NCBI GenBank assembly: GCA_019873625.1
Contig: JAIOAW010000007.1
Location: 13,596 to 77,595 of the forward strand
DNA length: 64,000 nucleotides
From: Chloroflexota bacterium
Lineage (GTDB): Bacteria; Chloroflexota; Anaerolineae; UBA1429
Direction: 5' to 3'
The position numbers and the translations under genes are program-made. Below the pieces are notes generated by a model. It had not been told where the DNA came from. It saw only the letters and a list, made by a program, of their open reading frames with translations, and searched no databases. Shown here piece by piece: positions 29,165 to 40,118 of this stretch (the stretch's first letter is position 1; each line of letters begins with the position of its first letter).

Positions 29165-29193
29165 TTGACTTTTATCCTTACATTTCCTATACT
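29165..29193 (+). promoter_or_regulatory. sigma70 promoter of gap
   Basis: TTGACT-17-TATACT. Confidence 0.75.
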
Positions 29194-29304
29194 CTGGAGG
29201 GTGGCCGGCGGCCGTATGCTCCTGCACGAGCGCCGAAAGAAGGCAAAGGTTGCCTGGCAAGGAATCTCGGCTTGGTGACAACGAACAACAGAAAGGAGTT
29301 CTCT

Positions 29305-30318
29305 ATGGCGATCAAGGTAGGTATCAACGGGTTTGGGCGTATTGGCCGGCAGACGTTCAAGGCGATTGTCTCCAACTATGCCGATCAGATTGACGTCGTC
29401 GCCATCAACGACGTATTCCCGCCGGCCTCGTTCGATCTGCTCCTGCGGTATGACTCGATTTACGGCCACTTTGACGGGACGGTCGCCGTCAAGGAAGATG
29501 GCCTCGTGGTGAACGGCAAGGAGATCAAGTTCTTTGCCAAGCGCAACCCGAGCGAGATCCCTTGGGGGGATTTCGGTGTGGATGTGGTCGTCGAATCCAC
29601 CGGCCTCTTTACCGATCGCGAGGCGGCGGCCCAGCACCTGACGGCGGGCGCGAAGAAGGTCATCATCAGCGCCCCGGCCAAGGGCGAGGATATCACCATC
29701 GTGATGGGCGTGAACGAGCAGGATTACGATCCTGCCAAGCACACCATCATCTCGAACGCCTCCTGCACCACGAACTGCTTGGCCCCGGCGGCCAAAGTGG
29801 TGCACGATCGGTGGGGGATCGTTCGCGGTTTGATGACCACCGTCCATGCCTATACCTCCGATCAGCGCCTGCACGATATGCCCCACCGCGACCTGCGGCG
29901 GGCGCGCGCGGCGGCGTTGAGCATCGTGCCCACCTCCACGGGTGCGGCCAGGGCCTTGGCGCTGGTTATCCCCGACCTCAAAGGCAAGTTTGACGGCCTC
30001 GCTTTGCGAGTGCCCGTGCCCACGGTCTCTATCGTGGATTTCGTGGCCGATGTGCAAAAGCCGCTCACGCTCCCCGAACTCATTGCCGCCTTTGAAGAAG
30101 CCGCCGCAGGGCCTATGAAGGGCATCCTCGGCGTCTCCAAAGAGCCGCTCGTCTCGGCCGATTTCATCCGCGATACGCGTTCCAGCATCATTGACGCAGA
30201 TTCGTGCATGGTGCTGAACGGCACGATGGTGAAGGTGGTCTCTTGGTACGATAACGAATGGGGCTACTCGAACCGCGTAGCCGACCTCATCGTGTATATG
30301 GGGCAGAAGGGCTTCTAA
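29305..30318 (+). CDS. gap: Type I glyceraldehyde-3-phosphate dehydrogenase
   Basis: [26 protein letters not shown]. Confidence 0.97.
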   Translation: MAIKVGINGFGRIGRQTFKAIVSNYADQIDVVAINDVFPPASFDLLLRYDSIYGHFDGTVAVKEDGLVVNGKEIKFFAKRNPSEIPWGDFGVDVVVESTGLFTDREAAAQHLTAGAKKVIISAPAKGEDITIVMGVNEQDYDPAKHTIISNASCTTNCLAPAAKVVHDRWGIVRGLMTTVHAYTSDQRLHDMPHRDLRRARAAALSIVPTSTGAARALALVIPDLKGKFDGLALRVPVPTVSIVDFVADVQKPLTLPELIAAFEEAAAGPMKGILGVSKEPLVSADFIRDTRSSIIDADSCMVLNGTMVKVVSWYDNEWGYSNRVADLIVYMGQKGF

Positions 30319-30335
30319 GGCCCTGAGGAAAGCGC

Positions 30336-30375
30336 GAGGAGCCGGCAAGATTCCCTGCCGGCTCCTCGTCCTTTT
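30336..30375 (+). terminator. Rho-independent terminator after gap
   Basis: GAGGAGCCGGCA/TGCCGGCTCCTC stem, then CTTTT. Confidence 0.7.
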
Positions 30376-31423
30376 AGGCCCCTTGAGGGGGCGCGCCCGG
30401 GCGTGCCCGCCGCCAGGCCCAGGCGCGCCGAAGCGCCCAGGCGAGGGGCGGCATATCGTCTCGATCATAAGCCCCCGCGAACGAGACGATCTCCCCCCCG
30501 AACCCCGCTTTGAAGCGTTCGACGCCGCTCAGGCTCTCCGCAGGGTCGCCCCGATCGGTGATGCCCCACAGGTCGTAGGTGTGGCAGCCAGAGGCCTTGG
30601 CCCACTGCATGGCTCGCCACTGGAGTTGGTGGTTGGGCATATATTCACGGTAAGCGTCGCTAGAGGCGCCGTACATATAGATGGCCTGGCCGTTGAAGGC
30701 GTAGGCCAAAAGGGCGGCCAGGGTTTCTCCCTCGTATTCGGCGAGGAAGAGCCGCGCCCGCCCTTGGGGGGCAAAGAGCGCCCAGGCGCGTTCGTAATAG
30801 GCCGCGCTGTGAATGGCAAAGCCATCTCGCTGGCCCGTGAGGCGCATCAGGCGGTAAAAGGTCGGCAAGTCTTTGGCCCCTCCCTGGCGGACGGTAACCC
30901 CTTTGCGCATCGAGAGGCGGATGTTATAGCGCCATTTGGGCTTCATCCGCGCCAGGATCTCCTCTTCGCTTGGGCGCAGGTCTACGAAGATGGTGCGGCG
31001 AGGCTGAATGCGCTCGGCGCTGGGCGCAAACCCCGCGCCAAGGAGCCAGCGCCGTTCGGCCTCCTCTTCTTCGCGCCAGGGGGGTTCTACCTTAAGGCTG
31101 ATGGCGCGCATCCGCCGCGAAAGGCGGTGGATGCCCTGCCACAGGCGCTCGACGATCATCCCTTCTTCTTCGAGGAATACCGGCCCTTTGGGGATGTACC
31201 CCACCGTGCAAGGCCCCAAGCGGCGGTAGAGCACCTGCGCGCCGGCCACCAGGGCGCCATCGCGCGCCACGGCCACTCGCGTGGGCACCCATCCAAAGGC
31301 CCCTTTGAGTTCGCCCCAGGCAAAGGTCTGCAGTAAGTGGCCCCTGGGGTCGGCGGCCACGAAGGCATCCCACACTTCGGCGGAGGGAAAACCTCGTTGA
31401 GTGGAATAGAGCGTTTGAATCAT
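30374..31423 (-). CDS. FemABX-family tRNA-dependent aminoacyl transferase
   Basis: LLQTFAWGELK, YIPKGP, KWRYNIR, YMYGAS, YDLWGI, RFKAGFGG. Confidence 0.9.
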   Translation of the reverse strand: MIQTLYSTQRGFPSAEVWDAFVAADPRGHLLQTFAWGELKGAFGWVPTRVAVARDGALVAGAQVLYRRLGPCTVGYIPKGPVFLEEEGMIVERLWQGIHRLSRRMRAISLKVEPPWREEEEAERRWLLGAGFAPSAERIQPRRTIFVDLRPSEEEILARMKPKWRYNIRLSMRKGVTVRQGGAKDLPTFYRLMRLTGQRDGFAIHSAAYYERAWALFAPQGRARLFLAEYEGETLAALLAYAFNGQAIYMYGASSDAYREYMPNHQLQWRAMQWAKASGCHTYDLWGITDRGDPAESLSGVERFKAGFGGEIVSFAGAYDRDDMPPLAWALRRAWAWRRARPGAPPQGA

Positions 31424-31574
31424 CGTCCTGTGCCCCCTCGGGCGGCATTATACCACAATGCGCAGGTCGCTAGAGGCCGATTTGCCAACTTTTTTGACAT
31501 AGCCCTTCCCTTTGGGCTATGATGATTTCGACGGATGGCGCCTTGGGGTGTTGGCCCCGTTCAGGCACAAGGAG

Positions 31575-32279
31575 ATGACGATGAAGAGAGGCTACTGGTT
31601 CTTGGCGATGATGGCCGGCATCGCGGTGTTGAGCCTTGTGGGGTGCCAGCAAGTATCTCAGGAGTGGGCGCGGCTCACCCGGCGCCCAACACCCATCACC
31701 GTGGATACGCCCCTGCCCAGCCCAACGCCCAGCCCCACGAGCACGCCCACGTTGGGGGCGACGTGGACCCCCGTGCCATCCGGCGCGCCGCTCCTCGGTT
31801 TGGGAACGGCGACCGCCACGCCCATCGTAACGGCCACGCCAACGCCCGTGCCGCTGGAAGTCTCTTGTGCGGCCCTGTGGGATATCTATCCCAGCGGCGA
31901 GGCGTTGATCAGCGAGTGGCTGATGTGGTCGGCTACCGATCCCCCTTCGCCCGCCGAACACAAGGCCAAACTCGACGCCCTCGTGGCCCGATGGACCCAA
32001 TACGAAGAGCGCCTTGAAGGGGTGCCGGTCGCGAGCGACACCCAAGCCGTTTATGAGGCCTTCAAGGCCGCGGCGGAAAAGTGGATTCTCTCTTTTACCA
32101 ATGCCTCGAATATGCTCGCCACGCTGAACCCTTGCTGTGCGGACGAGGCCCTCGCCCTAGAAGGGGAGGCCCGCGATTTGTGGAACCAGGCGTATGGTCG
32201 CTTGACCTCCGTATGCGCCTTTTGCGTGAGCGCGCGGCCTTCGCCGACGGTTACGCCGACCTTGACGCCCACTCCCTGA
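31575..32279 (+). CDS. Hypothetical lipoprotein with Pro/Thr-rich linkers
   Basis: AAGGAG RBS, lipobox LVGC, PT repeats at both ends; TTGACA-18-TATGAT upstream. Confidence 0.75.
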   Translation: MTMKRGYWFLAMMAGIAVLSLVGCQQVSQEWARLTRRPTPITVDTPLPSPTPSPTSTPTLGATWTPVPSGAPLLGLGTATATPIVTATPTPVPLEVSCAALWDIYPSGEALISEWLMWSATDPPSPAEHKAKLDALVARWTQYEERLEGVPVASDTQAVYEAFKAAAEKWILSFTNASNMLATLNPCCADEALALEGEARDLWNQAYGRLTSVCAFCVSARPSPTVTPTLTPTP

Positions 32280-32377
32280 CCCTTAGGGGTTACACGAAGT
32301 ACGCCTTGGCTTTGGCCAGGGGCAAAAGAGCTGTGGCGCGGGGCTACAGCTCTTTATCATCATCGGAGTTTTAGACG

Positions 32378-34237
32378 ATGAGCGAAAGGCAGGCACCCTC
32401 GAGGCGCCCCATAATGCGCCGGGTGCGGCGCTTGGGGTGGTCTCGGGTGAATTTGCGGACGCAACTTCTCGTCTCCACCGCTGTGCCGATGATCCTTCTC
32501 TTGGTGGCCCTGGCGGTGGTCAGCGTGTTTGCCTTTACGCGCATCACGCAAACGCTCATCGAGCAGCGCGATGCCGAACTCGTGCAACTCGCCGCCCAGC
32601 AGGTCTCTTCGCACCTGAGCGATTCGGTCCTCCTTTTGGCGCAGGTGGCTTCGGCGAATGAGGTGCGCAGCGGCGATCTCCCCACGGCGCGCGCCTTGCT
32701 GGAGGCCAACGTGGCCTTGCGCCAGCGCTTCGATGCCCTAAGCATTACCGATGCGCAAGGGGTCGTCCTTCTCTCGCTGGGGGGCGTGGAAGGGGAAGAC
32801 CTCGGCAAATACGCGTTCTTTGAGCGCGCGCGGCAGTTTCGCCGGCCGGTGCGCTCCGCCGTCTATACCGATGCCCTCGGGCGGAGGGTGGTGGCCGTGG
32901 CGGTGCCCGTTTTCGACCGCTTGAGGGGGTTTGCGGGGTGCGTGGTGGGCTTTTGGGCCTTGGGAGAGGGCGCCTTGGGCCTGCCCCTGCGCGGCGTGCG
33001 CGTGGGCGACCACGGCTTTGCTTACCTGGTGGATGAAACGGGGCGCATTCTCTACCACCCCTCGGCGGAGATGATCGGCGCGGACGCGCACCGCCACCCC
33101 GCTGTGGCCGCCCTCCTCGAGGGGAAGGTGGGAGCGCAGACGGTGAACGACCGCGGCCTGACCACGGTCATTGGCTACGCGCCCTTGCCTTTGCGCGAAC
33201 GGGGCGGCTCGCTCCTCGCCGATGAATCGTGGGAGGGCTGGGGCCTGCTCACGGCAGAATATTGGGGCGATATCATTGCCCCCTTGCGCCCTTATCTCCT
33301 CCTGATGCTGGGGCTGCTCGTGCTTTTGGTGCTCTTGCCCATCGTCGTCCTGGCGATCAACAGTGGGCGCATCGCCGCACCCGTGCACAGCCTCGCCGCG
33401 CAGGTGGAGCGCGTGGCCTCCGGCGAGTTCGATACGCAGGTCTCCATCGGCGCCGGCCCCTCGGAGGTGCGCGATTTAGAAGAGGCCTTTAACAAGATGG
33501 TGGAGCAGTTGCGCCGCTACCGGGCGGATATCCAGCGCTATGTGGTGGCCATCCTCAACTCGCAAGAGCAGGAACGCAAACGCGTAGCGCGCGAACTGCA
33601 CGATGAGACGGCCCAGGCCCTGGTCGTCTTGGGCCGGCAAATCGAGATGGCCCAAGAGATGGCACGCGATCCGCGCTTGATTGCCCACCTCGAGCAGGTG
33701 CGCGACTTGGTGGATAGCACCTTGCAGGAGGTGCGCCGCTTTACGAGCGACCTACGCCCGCCCCTTTTGGAGGAACTGGGCCTGACGAAAACGCTGGAAA
33801 TTTTGGGGAGCCGCACGGCCCGCGAGGCCTCGCTCGAGGTGGACGTGCGCATCGTGGGGGAGCCGCGCCCCTTGCCCCCCGAGTTGGAACTGGGCCTCTA
33901 TCGCCTGGCGCAGGAGAGCCTGAGCAATGTGCGCCGCCACGCGGGGGCCTCTCACGTGGATGTTACGCTCACTTACGGCGAGGAGGCCGTGAAACTGGAG
34001 ATTCGCGATGACGGCGTGGGGTTCGAAGTGCCCTCTGACCCCGCCGAGATGATGCGCACGGGGCGGTTGGGCCTGATGGGGATGCACGAACGCGCCCGCC
34101 TGTTCGGGGGGCGGACGATTATCGAATCGCACCCCGGCGAGGGCACCACGGTTACCGTCATCATCCCGCTCTCAGCCGAAATCTTTTCGACCTTTGAGGC
34201 GGAAAGGGATGCGGCAGAACGGCCTCCCTCGGCATAG
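32378..34237 (+). CDS. Sensor histidine kinase (Cache-HAMP-HisKA_3-HATPase)
   Basis: Two TMs, GFAYLVD..G.ILYHP, ERKRVARELHDE, DDGVGF, GLMGMHER. Confidence 0.92.
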   Translation: MSERQAPSRRPIMRRVRRLGWSRVNLRTQLLVSTAVPMILLLVALAVVSVFAFTRITQTLIEQRDAELVQLAAQQVSSHLSDSVLLLAQVASANEVRSGDLPTARALLEANVALRQRFDALSITDAQGVVLLSLGGVEGEDLGKYAFFERARQFRRPVRSAVYTDALGRRVVAVAVPVFDRLRGFAGCVVGFWALGEGALGLPLRGVRVGDHGFAYLVDETGRILYHPSAEMIGADAHRHPAVAALLEGKVGAQTVNDRGLTTVIGYAPLPLRERGGSLLADESWEGWGLLTAEYWGDIIAPLRPYLLLMLGLLVLLVLLPIVVLAINSGRIAAPVHSLAAQVERVASGEFDTQVSIGAGPSEVRDLEEAFNKMVEQLRRYRADIQRYVVAILNSQEQERKRVARELHDETAQALVVLGRQIEMAQEMARDPRLIAHLEQVRDLVDSTLQEVRRFTSDLRPPLLEELGLTKTLEILGSRTAREASLEVDVRIVGEPRPLPPELELGLYRLAQESLSNVRRHAGASHVDVTLTYGEEAVKLEIRDDGVGFEVPSDPAEMMRTGRLGLMGMHERARLFGGRTIIESHPGEGTTVTVIIPLSAEIFSTFEAERDAAERPPSA

Positions 34238-34327
34238 GAACAGTGGGCCAAAGATAGGCAAAAATGCTTATTGCGTTTGTGTCATCTGGCGGATGCTCCT
34301 ATGAAGGGGATATGCTATATTGGGGGT

Positions 34328-34496
34328 GGATGCGGGGGAAGGGCTCAATTGACGACGTTGGGACCAGACGACCTTGGCATCTTGAGACGTTCGCTGTAGC
34401 CTTGTCCGGCGCGAGGCTCGGCACTTCTTCTCCTCCTTGGTAAGACGCCCCTCATCTGTCGTATGGGCAGCGGCAGATGGGGGGCGTCGAGTTTTT
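34328..34496 (+). ncRNA. Candidate small RNA with an anti-SD tract
   Basis: Extended -10 TGcTATATT (34313-34321), CU tract CTTCTTCTCCTCCTT, long terminator stem 34444-34488 plus T tract, no credible ORF. Confidence 0.5.
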
Positions 34497-34585
34497 ACCA
34501 TGCCCGCTTGTGCCCCGTTATGTGGCCCTCGTTTGAGCCGCCGGGCCATTCCATTATAATGATTGGGTAAGGGAGGGTGATTCCT

Positions 34586-35293
34586 GTGGGGGGTGTTGCG
34601 TCACCGAGAACGATGGGAGGCGAGGCCTCAGGAAGGATTCGTATCCTGCTGGCCGATGATCACCTCGTGGTGCGCGAGGGCACGCGGCAAATCATCGAAC
34701 GCGAGCCGGACCTCGTCGTGGTGGCAGAGGCCAACGACGGCCGCGAAGCGGTGGCCCTCGCCGAAAAGGAACGCCCCGATGTGGCCTTACTGGATATCAG
34801 TATGCCCGTGATGAACGGCATCGAGGCCACCAAGGCCATCAAGAAGGTCTGCCCCCGTACGGCGGTGCTTGTTTTTACGGCTTATGATTACGACGAATAC
34901 GTCTTTGCCATCTTGGAAGCGGGGGCGGCGGGGTACCTCCTCAAAAACGTGCGCGGCGGCGAGTTGATTGACGCCCTGCGCCGTGTGTACGCAGGCGAAT
35001 CGGTGCTTCACCCGGCTATCGCTAAAAAGGTGGTCAGCCGCGTGGCCGCGAGCGCCAGCGGCGAAGAGGCCCCCGGTCGCGAGGTCCTTACCGAGCGCGA
35101 ACTGGAAGTGCTCCGTTTGGCCGCGCAGGGCTTGAGCAACCGCCAAATCGCCGAGCGGTTGGTGGTTAGCCCGCGCACCGTGCAATCGCATATGGCGAAC
35201 ATCTTTGGCAAACTCCAGGTGGGCTCCCGCACAGAGGCCGTTACCCTGGCCCTGCGCCGGCGGTGGATTTCGCTCAAGGATATCTCTCCGTGA
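34586..35293 (+). CDS. NarL/LuxR-family response regulator (start uncertain: 34577/34586/34613)
   Basis: LLADDH, LLDISMP, LTERELEVL..GLSN.QIA HTH. Confidence 0.93.
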   Translation: MGGVASPRTMGGEASGRIRILLADDHLVVREGTRQIIEREPDLVVVAEANDGREAVALAEKERPDVALLDISMPVMNGIEATKAIKKVCPRTAVLVFTAYDYDEYVFAILEAGAAGYLLKNVRGGELIDALRRVYAGESVLHPAIAKKVVSRVAASASGEEAPGREVLTERELEVLRLAAQGLSNRQIAERLVVSPRTVQSHMANIFGKLQVGSRTEAVTLALRRRWISLKDISP

Positions 35294-35349
35294 GCCAGTC
35301 GGCTTCTGCGATGCTGCTTCCCCTCAGTTCCCCTTATATAAGGTTGGGT

Positions 35350-35374
35350 GAAACTCCTTTGCCCCGGGCGTGTT
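35350..35374 (+). promoter_or_regulatory. Putative ECF-type autoregulatory promoter
   Basis: GAAAC-17bp-GTT directly upstream of the ECF sigma gene. Confidence 0.4.
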
Positions 35375-35393
35375 ATCTTATCAAGAGGCCTTT

Positions 35394-35951
35394 ATGAGCG
35401 ACTGCGACGACCGAGCCTTGATTGAGGCGGCTCAAAAAGACCCTCTAGCCTTCGGCGCCCTATATGAGCGCTATGTGGACCGCATTTATAACTATATCTT
35501 TCACCGTGTGGGGAACGTGTACGACGCCGAGGACCTCACGTCGCGCACCTTCTTCCGCGCCCTTTCGCACCTGGCGGATTATCAAGACCAGGGGTACCCT
35601 TTTTCAGCCTGGCTGTATCGGATCGCCCACAACCTGGTGGCCAACTGGCACCGAGACCGTTCGCGGCGGCCCGTCATCGCGCTCGATGAGATCGTGGCGC
35701 GGAGCCTTTCGGAACAGCACCCGGAGGTGGTAACCGAGGCACGCGCGACGATGCGCCTCCTGCGCGAGATCATCCGCACGCTGGACCCCGTGCGCCAGGA
35801 ACTGCTCGTGCTCAAGTTCGCCGAGGGCCTCTCGAACGCGGAAATCGGCAAGATCCTGGGGCGCAGCGAGGGGGCCATCAAGTCGTTGTATCACCGCACA
35901 CTGCTCCAATTGCGAGAAGAGATGGAAAAAAGGGAGCGAGGAGAACGATAA
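35394..35951 (+). CDS. ECF sigma-70 factor
   Basis: AEDLT, FSAWLYRIAHN region 2, GLSNAEIG..LGRSEGAIKS region 4. Confidence 0.92.
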   Translation: MSDCDDRALIEAAQKDPLAFGALYERYVDRIYNYIFHRVGNVYDAEDLTSRTFFRALSHLADYQDQGYPFSAWLYRIAHNLVANWHRDRSRRPVIALDEIVARSLSEQHPEVVTEARATMRLLREIIRTLDPVRQELLVLKFAEGLSNAEIGKILGRSEGAIKSLYHRTLLQLREEMEKRERGER

Positions 35952-36311
35952 ATGAGGATCCAACGGGGCATCCTAGAACGCTTTTCGGGCCTGGAGGAAC
36001 GGTTCGTGGGCTATCGAGAGCGCCTTCTGCGGCGCTTTGCCAAGCGCTCGCCGGCGCCGGAGCACGTGGCCGAGGTGGAGACGGCTGTGGGGCAGGCGCT
36101 AGCGCCCGTGCGCACGCCGCCGGACTTTCGGCGCTACCTGGGCCAGAATTTGGCGCTCGCGGCCTGGCGCAAAGGAGCGGGGTTGGAGGTGGAGCGCTTT
36201 CGCCCGCCCCGTTTCTGGCTCGCGGTGGTGGCCATTTCGGCGGGGGTTTTGGCGACGATCGCCACCCTTCTTATCGCCTTGCGCGTCCGCTCCAACTCGG
36301 TGCACGAATAG
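35952..36311 (+). CDS. Single-TM protein, putative anti-sigma factor
   Basis: Starts immediately after the sigma stop; C-terminal TM helix. Confidence 0.55.
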   Translation: MRIQRGILERFSGLEERFVGYRERLLRRFAKRSPAPEHVAEVETAVGQALAPVRTPPDFRRYLGQNLALAAWRKGAGLEVERFRPPRFWLAVVAISAGVLATIATLLIALRVRSNSVHE

Positions 36312-36335
36312 CGCCCGAATCATTCGCCTAAAATG

Positions 36336-36371
36336 ACAAGCCCGGCGCGATGCGCGCCGGGCTTGTGTTTT
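36336..36371. terminator. Terminator between convergent genes
   Basis: ACAAGCCCGGCGCG/CGCGCCGGGCTTGT then GTTTT. Confidence 0.7.
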
Positions 36372-36387
36372 GGCAAGAGGTAGAAGG

Positions 36388-37398
36388 CTACTCGGAGGTC
36401 AGCCCCAATTCCCGATCTACCCGATGGCAGGCCACCCAGTGATCTCCGCCCACGTCTCGCCAGATGGGGTCTACCGAATCGCATATCGGCAGTTTGACGG
36501 GGCAACGCGTAGAAAAATGACAGCCCTTCGGCGGGTTGGCGGGGCTGGGCACATCTCCCGTGAGGATGATGCGCTTGCGGCGCGCCTCCACGGCCGGGTC
36601 TGGGATGGGCACGGCCGAGAGGAGGGCCTGCGTATAGGGGTGCAAGGGGTTTTCATACAGCGTGGCGCGGTCGGCCAATTCCACCAATTTGCCCAGGTAC
36701 ATCACGGCCACGCGGTTCGAAATGTGCCGCACCACCGAAAGGTCGTGGGCGATAAAGAGATAGGTCAGCGAGAAGCGCTCTTGCAGTTCTTCCAAGAGGT
36801 TGATGATCTGCGCCTGGATGGAGACATCCAGCGCGGAGATGGGTTCATCGCAGACGATGAATTCGGGCTGAACGGCCAGCGCCCGTGCCACGCCGATGCG
36901 CTGACGCTGGCCGCCGGAGAATTCGTGCGGATAGCGGTTCACAAAGTAGGGGTTCAGCCCTACGATTTCGAGGAGTTCCATCACCCGCGCACGGCGTTCT
37001 TTGGGTGAGAGGAGGTTGTGTACCTCCAGCGGTTCGCCGACGATATTCCCCACCGTCATACGCGGGTTCAGAGAGGCATACGGGTCTTGGAAGATCATCT
37101 GCATCCGCCGGCGCATACGGCGCAGGCTCTCGCCCTTCATCGTGGTGAGGTTCTGGCCATCAAAATACACCTCACCGGCCGTGGGGCGGTAGAGTTGCAG
37201 GATGGCGCGGCCTGCCGTGGATTTGCCACAGCCACTTTCGCCCACCAGGCCCAGGGTTTCGCCCCGGCGGATAGTGAAACTGATGCCATCCACCGCCTTG
37301 ATATCCCCAATATGCCGCTGGATGACGATGCCGCGGGTGATGGGGAAGTACATCTTGAGGTTTCGTACCTCAACGAGCGTCTGCGTCGAATCGCTCAT
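36388..37398 (-). CDS. oppF: Oligopeptide ABC ATPase
   Basis: [32 protein letters not shown]. Confidence 0.92.
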   Translation of the reverse strand: MSDSTQTLVEVRNLKMYFPITRGIVIQRHIGDIKAVDGISFTIRRGETLGLVGESGCGKSTAGRAILQLYRPTAGEVYFDGQNLTTMKGESLRRMRRRMQMIFQDPYASLNPRMTVGNIVGEPLEVHNLLSPKERRARVMELLEIVGLNPYFVNRYPHEFSGGQRQRIGVARALAVQPEFIVCDEPISALDVSIQAQIINLLEELQERFSLTYLFIAHDLSVVRHISNRVAVMYLGKLVELADRATLYENPLHPYTQALLSAVPIPDPAVEARRKRIILTGDVPSPANPPKGCHFSTRCPVKLPICDSVDPIWRDVGGDHWVACHRVDRELGLTSE

Positions 37399-38393
37399 GC
37401 GCGGATCTCCTCTCGTTGTGTAACATCTACCCAGCAGGCCACCTCATGGCCATCTTGCCCATCCACGGCGTGCAAGGCGGGGTTTTCATCCAGGCACCGG
37501 GGCACGCGGTAACTGCAACGCGGGTAGAACGGGCACCCCAAAGGCAAGGTAATGAGGTCAGGGGGCAGGCCCTCGATGGGGGTGAGTTTTTCGCGCGTGC
37601 GCGCGTCGAGGCGCGGCAAGGAACGCAGCAGCCCTAGCGTGTAGGGGTGCCGCGGGTTGGCATACAAATCGTGCACATTGGCCCGCTCGACGATATAGCC
37701 CGCGTACATCACCTGAACGCGATGCGCCAGCCCCGCCACGATGCCCAGGTCGTGCGTAATCCAGATGATGGCCATACCCAATTCGCGCCGCAACTCTTTG
37801 ACGAGGTCCACGATTTGCGCCTGGATGGTCACATCGAGCGCGGTGGTTGGCTCGTCCGCAATGAGCACTTTGGGATTGCACGAGAGCGCCATGGCGATCA
37901 TCACGCGTTGGCGCATCCCCCCCGAAAACTGGTGCGGATAATCGTTCACGCGAGATTCGGCCTCGGGGATGTGCACCAGACGCAACAGTTCGATGGTGCG
38001 CTGGCGCGCCTCTTCTTTGGTCATATTGAGGTGCAATTCCAGCGCCTCCGAAATCTGCTGGCCGATGGTCAGCACGGGGTTGAGGGAGGTCATCGGGTCC
38101 TGAAAGATCATCGCGATCTTGTTGCCCCGAATTTTGCGGATCTCGTTCTGGTCGAGTTTCAGGAGATCTCGCCCCTCAAAGAGCACCTCTCCCCCCACGA
38201 TGCGGCCGGGCGGTTCGGGGATGAGGCGGAGGATGGAGAGCATACTCACGCTCTTGCCGCAGCCGCTCTCTCCCACCACGCCCAAGGTCTCGCCCTCGTT
38301 CAGGTCAAACGACACGCCATTTACGGCATGGACGACCCCATCTTGCGTGTCAAAGATGGTGGTCAGCCCGCGTACTTGAAGTAAAGGGGCCAT
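37395..38393 (-). CDS. oppD: Oligopeptide ABC ATPase
   Basis: [26 protein letters not shown]. Confidence 0.92.
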   Translation of the reverse strand: MAPLLQVRGLTTIFDTQDGVVHAVNGVSFDLNEGETLGVVGESGCGKSVSMLSILRLIPEPPGRIVGGEVLFEGRDLLKLDQNEIRKIRGNKIAMIFQDPMTSLNPVLTIGQQISEALELHLNMTKEEARQRTIELLRLVHIPEAESRVNDYPHQFSGGMRQRVMIAMALSCNPKVLIADEPTTALDVTIQAQIVDLVKELRRELGMAIIWITHDLGIVAGLAHRVQVMYAGYIVERANVHDLYANPRHPYTLGLLRSLPRLDARTREKLTPIEGLPPDLITLPLGCPFYPRCSYRVPRCLDENPALHAVDGQDGHEVACWVDVTQREEIRA

Positions 38394-38433
38394 CCTTATC
38401 TTCCTTCCTTACCACAGATCAGATGATTCCACT

Positions 38434-40086
38434 TCATTGGGCAATCGAGATATCCGTGAGCCACGGGTAAAGGCTCGCGCTAGCGCGGTACCCCTGGACG
38501 TAAGGCTTGACGAGCATCACGTTTACGCCATGGGTCAGGGGAATCCACGGGGCGTCCGCCACGATCTTTTTCTCGGCCTCGAGGTAAAGGGCCATTCGCT
38601 GGGCGGCATCCTCCTCCACGCGCGCCTTCTCTAACAGGGCATCCACCTCGGCATTGGCATAAGCCGTGTGATTCTGGGCGCTCGCGCTATGAAAGAGGAG
38701 GTCGAGAAAGTTCTGCGGGTCCGGGTAGTCGGCGATCCACCCCGCCATAAACATCTGGTAGCGGCGCTTGTTCATATCCTGCAAGAAATCGGGCCAATCC
38801 ACCTGTTCCACCGTGAGCGCAACGCCCAGGTTCTCTTCGAGCATACTCACTACAGCGCGCGTCACCGGGGGCATATGGCCGCTCGTGCCGCTGATGGCCA
38901 ACGCGATGGGCGGCAGGGCGCTCGCCGAGCCGTAGCGCGATTGGGCCAGGAGTTGCTTGGCCCGCGCCGGGTCATACGGCAAGGCGGCCGATTCCGCGCC
39001 GTGGGCCAAGGACGGCGGGAGGATGCCCCGCGCAGGTATGGCCGTGTTCTTGAGCACGAGTTGGGCGATCTTGGCCGTGTCAATGGCCTGGGCAAAGGCC
39101 TGCCGCACCAAGGGATCGTCAAACGGTGGCTGGGAGAGGTTCATCGCGAGATATTCGGTGCTCAACTCGGGCGCGAGATGGACCTCATCGTGCAGGGGAT
39201 TTTCCGGGTCGAGCACGCGCTCGACCTCGTCCGGCCCGACGGCCGCCATATCGAGTTCGTCATTCTCATACATCGTTACGGGGTCGCCGCCCCGCGTGAT
39301 AAAGGTTACGCGCGCCAGGGCTGGCTTGGCCCGATAGTAGCGCTCGTTGCGCACAAGGACGATCCGATCGCGCGAAAGGGCCTCCAGCACAAAAGGCCCC
39401 GAACCGTTCGGATGGCGCATCCAGGCCTCGCCCTCGCGCGCGATCTGCTCGCGATCCACCACAAAGGCGGTGGGGTAGGTCAATTTGGCCAAGAAATAGG
39501 CCTTGGGCGCGTCAATCCGGATGGTTACCGTATGCGCGTCGGGCGCGGCCAAACCGGCGATGTGCTCCGCTTGCCCCTCGAAATAGGCTTCCGCCCCGAC
39601 GATATCTCCCAAATAACTGAGGGCTACAGGGGAGCGCAGTTGAGGGCTGCAGGCCCGTTCCAACGAGTAAAGCACATCTTCGGCGGTGAGCGCCCGCCCA
39701 TCTGCCAAGGAGGCGTTGGGGCGCAGGGTGAACGTATAGGTCAACCCATCGGCGCTGACGGCCCATCGTTCCGCCAAATCGGGTATGAGGTTGAGGTCGC
39801 CATCGAGCGAGACGAGGCCGCTAAAGAGGTGGACGACATACTCGGCGGAGGTGCTATCCTGCACGAGGGCGGGGTCGAGCGTGGGGGGCAGGTCCCCATA
39901 GATCACCAAGGCCCCGCCCTGCGGAGAGGCCTCTTTGGGCGCCGTGGTGGGCAAAAACTCAAGCCCGCTCGTGGTGCTCCGGCTGAGGGAGCGGTAGGCA
40001 AAATAAGCGCCCCCTCCACAGAGCACCGTGAGCGAGCAGGCCCCGAGCAGGATGAGGATGAGAACGAGCCGCGTCGTCTTACTCAT
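38434..40086 (-). CDS. Second peptide ABC substrate-binding protein (family 5)
   Basis: TLDPAL, YTFTLR, NGSGPF, GWIADYPDP; N-terminal membrane anchor. Confidence 0.88.
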   Translation of the reverse strand: MSKTTRLVLILILLGACSLTVLCGGGAYFAYRSLSRSTTSGLEFLPTTAPKEASPQGGALVIYGDLPPTLDPALVQDSTSAEYVVHLFSGLVSLDGDLNLIPDLAERWAVSADGLTYTFTLRPNASLADGRALTAEDVLYSLERACSPQLRSPVALSYLGDIVGAEAYFEGQAEHIAGLAAPDAHTVTIRIDAPKAYFLAKLTYPTAFVVDREQIAREGEAWMRHPNGSGPFVLEALSRDRIVLVRNERYYRAKPALARVTFITRGGDPVTMYENDELDMAAVGPDEVERVLDPENPLHDEVHLAPELSTEYLAMNLSQPPFDDPLVRQAFAQAIDTAKIAQLVLKNTAIPARGILPPSLAHGAESAALPYDPARAKQLLAQSRYGSASALPPIALAISGTSGHMPPVTRAVVSMLEENLGVALTVEQVDWPDFLQDMNKRRYQMFMAGWIADYPDPQNFLDLLFHSASAQNHTAYANAEVDALLEKARVEEDAAQRMALYLEAEKKIVADAPWIPLTHGVNVMLVKPYVQGYRASASLYPWLTDISIAQ

Positions 40087-40118
40087 AATGGTTTCGCGCC
40101 GTACCCCAGCCGTGCCGA

